A DNA stretch of 64,000 bases, taken from the NCBI GenBank assembly GCA_003235325.1, contig QJWQ01000080.1, positions 1,955-65,954 on the forward strand, written 5' to 3'. Within the stretch, counting starts at the first letter, position 1; each line of letters starts with the position of its first letter. Source of the stretch: Gammaproteobacteria bacterium (lineage in GTDB: Bacteria > Pseudomonadota > Gammaproteobacteria > Pseudomonadales > Porticoccaceae). Below are positions 19,021 through 26,661 of this stretch, piece by piece. A program made the translations under genes and the position numbers. The notes beneath the pieces are model-generated. The model searched no databases. It worked only from the letters and a program-made list of their open reading frames with translations, and was not told where the DNA came from.

Positions 19021-19595
19021 AAATTCAAATGCAATTTTTTGGGGACAAATAGTGACGGCGCAAACAGCATATCGGTTTACCACCGGCAAATGGATATGGC
19101 AGATTTTTCGAGCGGATCAGGGATTTTTCTGAGGGCTGGGCACGGGGGAGTTGATTTTCTGGTCGCCAGGGGACAACTGCAAGGCGATTCAGACCGGATT
19201 TTGGAGTTTCAAATTTTTGATCTGTTAGATGGCAAGGGACGGTGGCTGGAGAATGTTTTGCAGAAAGGCTGTGGCGCAGCCTGAAATAAGAGGAGGTCCA
19301 CCTGAATGCTGATGACACCGTGATCGCAACCACTGCCGGGATTGGGCAATGACTGGCGATTTACAACGAAAAACGGCGTCGTACCAGCCTTGACCGGTTC
19401 ACCCCGGATCAGGGGTACTACAACCTATCGTCCGGCCTACCCAAGGCGGCAAAGCCCCATGCAGTCGAATCCACTTAGGAATGAGGATCTACTGCCCAAC
19501 CAATGGGGTCCATCTTACAGATGACCTGTTATTCTCGAAGAGCTGAACTTTATTCGACTGGATCAAGGACCAGCCAGGTCAAATGCGGCACAGCG

Positions 19596-20147
19596 TCAGC
19601 GGTAGAACAGATGGTTACCGACCCGTGCCACCAGTTGCCGGTCCCAGGGTGGCTTCATAGCGACACTATGAAAAAACAGGGCGCCGCCGGTATTGTCCCG
19701 CTCATTCCCGGATAGAACATCAGTGGCAACTCGCTGTGCCGAAGCCCAAAGCTTGCGGTCCCCCGGAGTATCGCTCTTGCCGTCACACCACCAGGAAAAC
19801 TGACAGGGTGGAGTTTCACCGCCCTGATACACGACCGCGCAGGGAGAGTTTGGAAAACGCGGATCGGCGACGCGATTGATGATCACGGAACCCACTGCCT
19901 GCATACCCTTCCGACCCTCCCCCCGCGCCTCCCAATACATGGCCAGGGCAACACAGTGGACGGATTTCGCATCCACGGAGAGCTGGGCCGGTTTGACCTC
20001 GGGGTGGGTACGGGGTGCAAGGGCGAGGCTCGGACTTATGGGAACTGAGACGGGCTCGGGGCTGGTTGCGCAGCCGTGCAGAATGGCGATGAACGCCAGC
20101 CCTGCAGCAATGCCCGCCCTTAACGGTGTAAGTTGCCAGATTCTCAT
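19596..20147 (-). CDS. SleB/Hydrolase_2-family cell-wall hydrolase lipoprotein
   Basis: Lipobox AILHGC, then ALAMYWEARGEGRKGMQAVGSVIINRV...FPNSPCAVVYQ...QFSWWCDG, which is the cell wall hydrolase SleB-type motif. Confidence 0.8.
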   Translation of the reverse strand: MRIWQLTPLRAGIAAGLAFIAILHGCATSPEPVSVPISPSLALAPRTHPEVKPAQLSVDAKSVHCVALAMYWEARGEGRKGMQAVGSVIINRVADPRFPNSPCAVVYQGGETPPCQFSWWCDGKSDTPGDRKLWASAQRVATDVLSGNERDNTGGALFFHSVAMKPPWDRQLVARVGNHLFYR

Positions 20148-20449
20148 GGCTCGGATTCTCCCATAGAGTGAACGCCGCGCGTGCGACCAATGTCACAGGC
20201 GCGAATGGAGGCACCGGCAAGCTGGCACTTGTTTCAGAGAGAACAAATGCACTACCACATTCTTTAGCAACTTTTTTGGTATTTCTGTAACGACCGTTTA
20301 GCAACAGCAGGTTACTGGCGCCGGTAAGCTTATCGTCAACGACTCACACTGATTGAGCATTTGACGTAAAGCACTTCGGTGAACAGTTTTACCTATTTAC
20401 ATGCCCTCGGGATCGTACCCTCTGAATCCGGTAGAGCCCGACGTGAGCC

Positions 20450-20891
20450 GAGACAGTCACGCAGACCCGCAGGGACACCCGGTCGGCGATCATGAGCCAA
20501 GTGCTGGGCATCGTCTAACGCATCGACGCCACACACCTGAGCCAAAAGGTGGGCTTTAGGAAAAACGCCGCCCAGACCGGCGCAGTCACCCTGATCCGGC
20601 GTATTGTCTCTGCGTTCAATCTCAATTCGAACGCGGCCCGATCCACTTGACGTGCACGGATGCACTAACACCTCAGGCGCAGGATGCGCAGGAGCTGCCC
20701 ACATGCTGTTTCTCGACGGAATGTACATCGACGGTGCCGAGGGGGTCATGTTTCGCTGGATCAAGGCGCGGACTAGTGCTGAGCTTACCTATCTGGCGTA
20801 CACCATCGCTCGCGGGGTTGGTCACTTTCTGGAACGGCAAGGCCTGCTGGAACGAGAAGCCCACGATAATGGGCAAAAGGACTATTTATGA
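20450..20891 (+). pseudogene. IS91/IS801 (Y2 rolling-circle) family transposase remnant, internally disrupted and truncated at both ends
   Basis: Frame a: ...SAIMSQVLGIV*RIDATHLSQKVGFRKNAAQTGAVTLIRRIVSAFNLNSN (in-frame TAA at 20516). Frame b (ORF 20604-20891): ...HMLFLDGMYIDGAEGVMFRWIKARTSAELTYLAYTIARGVGHFLERQGLLERE. Together these match the conserved core TGAVTLIQRFGSALNLNIHFHMLFLDGVY...FRWVKAPTSAEL...ERQGLLERD of IS91-family transposases. The N-terminal Zn/HUH part and the C-terminal catalytic Tyr part are missing. Confidence 0.75.
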
Positions 20892-20941
20892 TAAAGGGAA
20901 AAAAGTACAACCTATGTGACCGGAACGGACCCGGATTGAGA

Positions 20942-21018
20942 TGGCGGACCGGACGGGACTCGAACCCGCGACCTCCGGCGTGACAGGCCGGCATTCTAAC
21001 CAGCTGAACTACCGGTCC
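20942..21018 (-). tRNA. tRNA-Asp (anticodon GUC)
   Basis: The reverse complement GGACCGGTAGTTCAGCTGGTTAGAATGCCGGCCTGTCACGCCGGAGGTCGCGGGTTCGAGTCCCGTCCGGTCCGCCA is 77 nt. It has a near-E. coli tRNA-Asp body, anticodon loop CTGTCAC, and an encoded CCA. Confidence 0.95.
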
Positions 21019-21056
21019 GCATGCTTTCTGAACTGAAACAACTCGACTGCTTCGTT

Positions 21057-21183
21057 AGTCTCTTTCTTTAGAGTCTATACTTTTTAAAACTCTATTTTAG
21101 TTAGACTCTCTTCTAATTGGAGTCTCGCTACATGGAGTCTCGACTCTTCAGAGTCTCACCTTTCAATGGTTTGGCAAGAGTCT
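21057..21183. repeat. cluster of GAGTCT(C) heptamer copies (six direct, two inverted) in the tRNA-Val/tRNA-Asp spacer
   Basis: AGTCTC at 21057; GAGTCT at 21071; GAGTCTC at 21120, 21135 and 21151; GAGTCT at 21178. Inverted AGACTC at 21103 and GACTCT at 21142. This gives seven GANTC sites within 21071-21182. Confidence 0.85.
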
Positions 21184-21258
21184 GGTGGGTGGTACAGGGG
21201 TCGAACCTGTGACCTACGGCTTGTAAGGCCGTCGCTCTCCCAACTGAGCTAACCACCC
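21183..21258 (-). tRNA. tRNA-Val (anticodon UAC)
   Basis: The reverse complement GGGTGGTTAGCTCAGTTGGGAGAGCGACGGCCTTACAAGCCGTAGGTCACAGGTTCGACCCCTGTACCACCCACCA is 76 nt. It has anticodon loop CTTACAA and an encoded CCA. Confidence 0.95.
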
Positions 21259-21273
21259 TCGAGAGAGACGCGC

Positions 21274-21301
21274 ATTCTACCGAAATTCATTACCTTGTCA
21301 A
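21274..21301 (-). promoter_or_regulatory. sigma70 promoter of the tRNA-Val/tRNA-Asp operon
   Basis: The minus strand reads TTGACA-aggtaatgaatttcgg(16)-TAGAAT-GCGCGTC. The -35 is perfect, the -10 matches 5/6, and the discriminator is GC-rich and stringent-type. The predicted start is ~8 nt before the tRNA-Val 5' end. Confidence 0.65.
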
Positions 21302-21381
21302 TTGCTTTGACTATACAGACTGGAACGGTCCCTTTACCATAACCACCCGTTTTTGATCCCCCCGGAACACACCTTTTTACA

Positions 21382-21738
21382 ATGGAAATATTCAAGGAAT
21401 TCAGTATTGAGGCCGCTCACCATCTGCCCCATGTACCGGAGGGCCACAAGTGTGCCCGGCTCCACGGTCACTCCTTTCGGGTTACGATCTTTGTCGAGGG
21501 TCCCGTGGGCAATACCAGCGGCTGGGTGATGGATTTTGCCGACATCAAAACTGCCTGCCAACCGGTTGTCGAGGCTCTTGACCACCGCTATCTGAATGAA
21601 ATACCCGGACTGGAAAACCCCACCAGCGAAAATATCGCCCGCTGGATCTGGCGCCGGCTCAAACCCGGGCTGGAGGGCCTCAGCCGGGTGCTGGTAAGGG
21701 AAACCTGCACCAGCGGCTGTGAATACCGGGGTGACTGA
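21382..21738 (+). CDS. queD: 6-carboxy-5,6,7,8-tetrahydropterin synthase
   Basis: 118 aa. MEIFKEFSIEAAHHLPHVPEGHKCARLHGHSFRV...LDHRYLNE shows the QueD/PTPS motifs C-x3-HGH and the catalytic His. Confidence 0.92.
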   Translation: MEIFKEFSIEAAHHLPHVPEGHKCARLHGHSFRVTIFVEGPVGNTSGWVMDFADIKTACQPVVEALDHRYLNEIPGLENPTSENIARWIWRRLKPGLEGLSRVLVRETCTSGCEYRGD

Positions 21739-21790
21739 CAGCGAATAAAACGGCCTTTACGTCGGGACTCGAACCGGCCAATCGGGACGC

Positions 21791-22558
21791 TCAGGATAGC
21801 ACCAGCACTTCACTGCTGGTGTCTTCCATTGCCGCTTCCAGTGGGCCGGTGAATAGCGGCAGCAGGATATCCCTGGGCACCAGGACGATGTCGTACATCG
21901 ATCGCCGCAAAAGATCGGTGACCTCATGCTCCGTCAGTCCTGCCAGGCGCTCGATACAGGCCCTGGCGCCGAGGCCGGCAAAGGCGGCCACCACATCCAT
22001 CGGCACAGGTCCGGCGGCAATCAGCACAACCTCCCTGACCAGGCCATCACTCACCAGGGATTTGCCAACATCAATCGCCCGACTGGCCTGGAGGCCGCGA
22101 TCATATAATATGCCGAGTCGCCTGGACTTTCGGGTCTGCCGGGACGGCACGGTGGCCTGCAACCTGGATCTGCGTTGGCGCGCCGGAAAAAACACGTCCA
22201 TTCCCTCGCGCATCAGGGCTCTGAGGGAGCGATTGGCCGAAGAGGTTTCAAACTGCAGTTGGATCTTTCGGGATGCGGCCAGTTCATCGAACATGCGTCG
22301 CACCTCGGTTGCCAGGGTCTGTTGCAGGCGTATCAGGGAATCCATATAGAATTCCCGCTCCAGTCCGGTTGACAGGACGATTTCCCGGGCAAATGGCAGT
22401 TTGGCCACCTGTTGCAGCCGGGAGTCCTCCAGTATCAGCCCGAACAGGCTGGTATTCAGGTGTTCCGCCATGGCCACCAGCATCTCCAGGGTGGTGCGGC
22501 TGACGCCGTAAATATCAATTGGCACCAGAATGCCGGTTTGCTCTGCCTTGTCAGTCAT
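21791..22558 (-). CDS. hypothetical protein with two USP-like alpha/beta halves, translationally coupled to the Lon-like protease
   Basis: 255 aa starting MTDKAEQTGILVPIDIYGVSRTTLEMLVAMAEH... Both halves follow a beta-alpha pattern like universal stress protein domains, but I see no G-x2-G-x9-G(S/T) ATP motif. The start overlaps the Lon-like stop (ATGACTGA). Confidence 0.65.
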   Translation of the reverse strand: MTDKAEQTGILVPIDIYGVSRTTLEMLVAMAEHLNTSLFGLILEDSRLQQVAKLPFAREIVLSTGLEREFYMDSLIRLQQTLATEVRRMFDELAASRKIQLQFETSSANRSLRALMREGMDVFFPARQRRSRLQATVPSRQTRKSRRLGILYDRGLQASRAIDVGKSLVSDGLVREVVLIAAGPVPMDVVAAFAGLGARACIERLAGLTEHEVTDLLRRSMYDIVLVPRDILLPLFTGPLEAAMEDTSSEVLVLS

Positions 22559-25010
22559 CGCCGTGTTGGCTCTCGTCGCCCTTGCTGTCGTCATCTTTCA
22601 TGGAAAATTTCTTCTGCAGTTCATTGAGACCGCGGACCCGGGTCAGCACCAGGCCATTGAGGCTGTCGGCAGGGTAATTGCCCTCCCGGTCAGCAGTTCC
22701 CGCCTGATAGCCGGTCAGGAGTTCCAAAGCCTGATCGACAGTTGCCACGCTATAAATATGAAACTGGCCCGCCTCGACGGCATCGATGACATCCCGTCGC
22801 AGCATCAGGTGCACCACATTGGCCCGGGGAATGATCACCCCCTGGTCACCACTGAGTCCCCGGGCTCGACAAATATCAAAAAAACCCTCGATTTTGTCGT
22901 TGACGCCACCTATGGCCTGGACCTGACCCAACTGGTTGAGCGACCCGGTAACCGCCAGGGACTGGTTGACCGGCACACCGGTCAGCGCCGACAACAGCGC
23001 CACCAGTTCCGCCACCGAGGCACTGTCGCCCTCGACGCCACCGTAGGACTGCTCAAAAACCAGGGTAGCCGACAGCGGCAATGGCTGGTTGCGGGCATAG
23101 CGACTGGCCAGTAATGAGGAAATGATCATCACCCCCTTCGAGTGGATCTTGCCACCGAGCTTGGCTTCCCTTTCGATATCCAGCACGCCACCGTGACCGA
23201 GCCGGGCGGTGGCCGTGATTCGTGTCGGCCGGCCAAAGGAATAATGGCCCAGCAGGTAAACCGACAGGCCATTGACCTGCGCCACCCGCGAACCGGCGGT
23301 ATCAACCAGCTGAATATCCCGCAGAATGCTCTCGTGGGCTTTTTCACGCAACTGGTCCAGACGGCGAATGGCGGCATCAATGGCCTGCTGCACATGTTCG
23401 GCACGGGTAAGGTTGCCGCCGGACTGCCTGGCCCGGTAATCACTCTCACAGAGCAGATCGCTCAACTGGTCCAGGTGCAGGGACAGTTTTTCGCTGTCCT
23501 CGACACTGCGGGCACAGTACTCGATGACCCTGGCAACCGCACCCGGTTCCAGCGGCTGCAGTTGCTGTCGGCGCTGCAGGGTGGCGATCAACCGGGCAAA
23601 AAAACGGGTATTTTCAGGGCTGCGTTCGGTTTCCTCGGACATGTCCGCGGCCACCTTGAACAGCTGACCGAATTCCGGATCAAACTGCTCCAGCAAATAA
23701 TAGATATAGCGGTCGCCGGTGAGCACCACCTTGATATCCAGGGGCATGGGCTCCGGTTGCAGCTGAGTGGTGCTGGCGAAGCTGAGGAGCTGGTCCAGGG
23801 ATTGAATGCGGATTTCCCTGGCTTTCAGGGTTCGCTTCAGCATATCCCAGGCAAAGGAATTGCTCAGGACCTTGACCACGTCCAGGACCAGATAGCCGCC
23901 ATTGGCCTGGTGCAGGACGCCGGGTTTGATCAGGGTGAAATCCGTTAACAGGGTTCCCATCTGGGAAATATGTTCGACCCTGCCCACCAGGTTGCTGAAG
24001 GTGGGGTTGTCCTCGTAGATGATGGGTGCACGATCCAGTTTTTCATTGCTCACCAGGACATTGACACTGTATTCCGGGAATTCCCGGACCCTGTGTTTCA
24101 TGTTTTCCGGTTCGGAAGATTCGGCAGCGGATTGCCGGAAAGCATCGGCATTTTCGATGACATTGGCCTGAACCGATTTCAGATAATCCAGAACCGACGG
24201 TTCTTCCTGGTAGCGATTATTGAGTTCGGCAAAGAGCTGATCGATGGCCAGCTGACTGAACTCCCTGTTCAGCTTCTTGAATTTTTCCCGGCTCTCCTTT
24301 TTCCACAGGGGAATCTGCCGAATAATGCTCTTTAATTCATCCTTGAGCTCCTCGATAACTGCCAGGGTCTTTTTCTGTTCGGTTTCTTCAAGGGCCTCAA
24401 AGTCGGCAGAGGCCATGATTTCGTTGTCCCGCATCGGCGCCAGGGTATAGCCGCTCGGGGTCTGCAGCAGGGCAATATTCTTGCTTTTGGCTTTCTCCGA
24501 TAATGCCTGAAAGGCGTTTTTTTCCCGTTCCTGATAATTTTCCCCCAGCTCCTGCAGCCGGGCCTGGTACTCATCACTTTGAAACGTGGCGGGAATACTC
24601 ACCAGGAGGTCCTCCACAAACCTGGCCATGTCTGCCTGCAGGCGGTTGCCCATACCCGGCGGCAGGCGCAGAACCCGGGGCTTGTGCGGCGTCTGGAAGT
24701 TATTGACGTAACACCAGTCACTGATCTGGTGTTGGACACCCGCCTCCCTTTCCAGAAAGTCCAGTAGCAGATGGTGCTTGCCAACACCGGTAGACCCCAG
24801 CAAAAAGATGTTGTAACCGTCGTGCTTGATGTCAACCCCGAACCGCAGGGCCTCGAGTGCTCGATCCTGTCCGAATTGGTTGTCCAGTGATTCCAGGTTC
24901 TCGGTGGAGGTGAAATCAAGCAGGGAGGGGTCACAGAAACGGTACAATTGCTCCCTTCGAAGCGAGGCAGGGAGGGTCGCGGATTGCAATTTTTTTATGT
25001 CATTAACCAT
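22551..25010 (-). CDS. Lon-like protease (AAA_32/LonC-like N-region with long helical insertion + Lon_C Ser-Lys protease domain)
   Basis: Contains GYNIFLLGSTGVGKH (P-loop) and ANGGYLVLDVVKVL (Walker-B position). A ~250-aa Glu/Lys-rich helical insertion is present. C-terminal YGGVEGDSASVAELVALLSALTG...GGVNDKIEGF carries the catalytic Ser and Lys. The start at 25010 has a GAGGG SD 7 nt upstream; an alternative start lies at 25058. Confidence 0.88.
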   Translation of the reverse strand: MVNDIKKLQSATLPASLRREQLYRFCDPSLLDFTSTENLESLDNQFGQDRALEALRFGVDIKHDGYNIFLLGSTGVGKHHLLLDFLEREAGVQHQISDWCYVNNFQTPHKPRVLRLPPGMGNRLQADMARFVEDLLVSIPATFQSDEYQARLQELGENYQEREKNAFQALSEKAKSKNIALLQTPSGYTLAPMRDNEIMASADFEALEETEQKKTLAVIEELKDELKSIIRQIPLWKKESREKFKKLNREFSQLAIDQLFAELNNRYQEEPSVLDYLKSVQANVIENADAFRQSAAESSEPENMKHRVREFPEYSVNVLVSNEKLDRAPIIYEDNPTFSNLVGRVEHISQMGTLLTDFTLIKPGVLHQANGGYLVLDVVKVLSNSFAWDMLKRTLKAREIRIQSLDQLLSFASTTQLQPEPMPLDIKVVLTGDRYIYYLLEQFDPEFGQLFKVAADMSEETERSPENTRFFARLIATLQRRQQLQPLEPGAVARVIEYCARSVEDSEKLSLHLDQLSDLLCESDYRARQSGGNLTRAEHVQQAIDAAIRRLDQLREKAHESILRDIQLVDTAGSRVAQVNGLSVYLLGHYSFGRPTRITATARLGHGGVLDIEREAKLGGKIHSKGVMIISSLLASRYARNQPLPLSATLVFEQSYGGVEGDSASVAELVALLSALTGVPVNQSLAVTGSLNQLGQVQAIGGVNDKIEGFFDICRARGLSGDQGVIIPRANVVHLMLRRDVIDAVEAGQFHIYSVATVDQALELLTGYQAGTADREGNYPADSLNGLVLTRVRGLNELQKKFSMKDDDSKGDESQHGDD

Positions 25011-25213
25011 GAAGGTCACCCTCTGTTGCCATTTGCTCTCTGGGGCCCCAGAGCCCATTGGTGTTAACAGACCCTGGTAATTTACCGGGGAAAGTCATGG
25101 ACCACTGACGGCGCAGGTACCGGGAAACTGCAAGGACCGGCCTGCGGCCACGAGAGCTGGTTGCGGTCTCCAGAGACTTTCGCGGCTGGAGTTCGCCGCC
25201 TGGAGTTCCCGGC

Positions 25214-25645
25214 CTAGAGATAGTCCGGAAGGTGCTCCCTGATGGCAGACTCTGACGTCTGGACCAGATTTATGGCCTGTTCGGAAGCAATGACCTCTTT
25301 TGCTGCCGGACTGAGATTTTTACGCAACTGTCCCAGAAACGCCGGTGCCGCCAGCAGGTAAATCCGCTCACAGTCGCGGGAACTGACACCCTGGTTGATC
25401 AGGCCGCCGATTTCACGGGCAAAGCGCTCGGATTCCTCCCTGGTGGCGTCCCGCTCGTGGCCAAAAGTATGGGTGCCGCTGCTGCTGTTAACCACGCGAC
25501 CGACACGATCAGAAACAAGGTCCTGTTCTTTTTCCCTCGAAGAAACGTGGACCCTGCCTTCGAATTCCACGAGTTTTCCATTGGCGGCGGATGTCGAGAA
25601 AAAACGTGTTCGACTGGCGTCTGCTACTATTACCCAGATTTTCAT
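25214..25645 (-). CDS. host-attachment-family protein (release-factor-like, baeRF-type fold as I recall)
   Basis: 143 aa. MKIWVIVADASRTRFF...DRVGRVVNSSSGTHTFGHERDATREESERFAREIGGLI...IYLLAAPAFLGQLRKNL matches the 'protein required for attachment to host cells' family pattern (..FA..va..L..a....fd.L.lvApp..LG.LR..L). Confidence 0.75.
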   Translation of the reverse strand: MKIWVIVADASRTRFFSTSAANGKLVEFEGRVHVSSREKEQDLVSDRVGRVVNSSSGTHTFGHERDATREESERFAREIGGLINQGVSSRDCERIYLLAAPAFLGQLRKNLSPAAKEVIASEQAINLVQTSESAIREHLPDYL

Positions 25646-25734
25646 AGGCCAAACCTCATATCGACTCTGTTTTTTTAATACTAGTTACTCCTGCGGCATT
25701 TGCCATATCCCAGATCAACCGTCGTGAATATTTG

Positions 25735-26019
25735 ATGAAGATCCTCTGCCTGATACTGGATTTCAGCCTCCCCGGGTGCCGGTCGCTGAAGGAAAAGCGC
25801 CGCCGTGTTCGCAAACTCAAGGACCGGTTTGGAGCAACACCCAACATTGCCGTCACCGAAAGCGGTTTTCACGACCAGCCCGACCGCAGCCAGTGGTCTT
25901 TTGTGGTCATAGGCCGGGATTTGCGCCTGATTGATGCCGAATGCCAGAAGATTGAGCTGTACTGTCACAGCTTCGTCGAAGGTTATGTGATCAACAGTCT
26001 CAGGCAGCAACTACTGTGA
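25735..26019 (+). CDS. DUF503 (YlxP-like) protein
   Basis: MKILCLILDFSLPGCRSLKEKRRRVRKLKDRF....AVTESGFHDQ...W matches the DUF503 pattern (L.l.ip.s.SLKeKR.v...l.drl). ATG at 25735; TTG at 25732 is also possible. Confidence 0.8.
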   Translation: MKILCLILDFSLPGCRSLKEKRRRVRKLKDRFGATPNIAVTESGFHDQPDRSQWSFVVIGRDLRLIDAECQKIELYCHSFVEGYVINSLRQQLL

Positions 26020-26552
26020 AGCCGGCAAGAGTCTTTATTGCCCTGCCGATAGGCCAGGATCAGCAGCAGATACTCCGACGCGCAACCAAAAAACTGATGG
26101 AGCTTCCCGTCCGGTGGATCAGGCCGGAAAATTTCCACCTGACCCTGGCCTTTCTCGGCAATTGTGAGCCCCGCACACTGGTGAGGATTCGACATCACCT
26201 CGGCGACATCTCCGCCGCCCCCTTTGGTCTTGGCTTTCGGACCATTGCGCCATTTCCGTCAGCGATGGGACCAATGATTGCCGCCTTACCCGAAACTTCC
26301 GCGACTCTGGCGGCACTGAGGCAGCAGGTGGTGGCACATCTGGCAATGGCCGGGATTGAGCTGGAGACCAGACCCTTTCGCCCCCATGTCAGTCTCGGGC
26401 GGATTGCCCGGGGCCATGTCCGCGAGCAGACGGTTCCAACCCCCATGAGTCTGCAATGGACCCTGGCAGTGGAACATTTTTCGTTGGTGAAAAGTGAGCA
26501 AACCTCCCAGGGCAGCCGCTACGAGACGCTGGCCGTATTTGATTTGAAGTAG
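26016..26552 (+). CDS. thpR: RNA 2',3'-cyclic phosphodiesterase (2H phosphoesterase ThpR/LigT)
   Basis: 178 aa with two H-x-(T/S)-x motifs (FHLTLAFLG and PHVSLGR). The GTG start overlaps the DUF503 stop (GTGA). Confidence 0.85.
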   Translation: MKPARVFIALPIGQDQQQILRRATKKLMELPVRWIRPENFHLTLAFLGNCEPRTLVRIRHHLGDISAAPFGLGFRTIAPFPSAMGPMIAALPETSATLAALRQQVVAHLAMAGIELETRPFRPHVSLGRIARGHVREQTVPTPMSLQWTLAVEHFSLVKSEQTSQGSRYETLAVFDLK

Positions 26553-26661
26553 TCAAAGGCGAGACAGGCACCCGGTTATCAGGGCGGGAACGCAGTTATA
26601 GGTCTTATCTACGGACAGGCGATACAGGATTTTTGCCGCTGACGGTGACGGTCCAGGCGGC

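Noticed and set aside
18806-19132. 108-aa ORF, plus 60-80-aa neighbours, in the AT-rich gap upstream of nhaA.
   Set aside because: It reads through the candidate bidirectional terminator. It has Phe/Ile/Asn-rich composition unlike any gene in the window, no SD, and no family resemblance.
19320-19350. The ACCACTGCCGGG segment, considered as a cobalamin-riboswitch B12-box/GCCACTG element.
   Set aside because: The other conserved cobalamin riboswitch blocks are absent, and no gene lies downstream on that strand to be regulated.
19455-19520. tmRNA-like string GGATTCGAC on the minus strand (tmRNA begins GGGGCUGAUUCUGGAUUCGAC).
   Set aside because: There is no acceptor stem, no tag reading frame ending in a typical ...ALAA codon run, and no T-arm/CCA 3' end nearby. 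It is a 9-mer coincidence.
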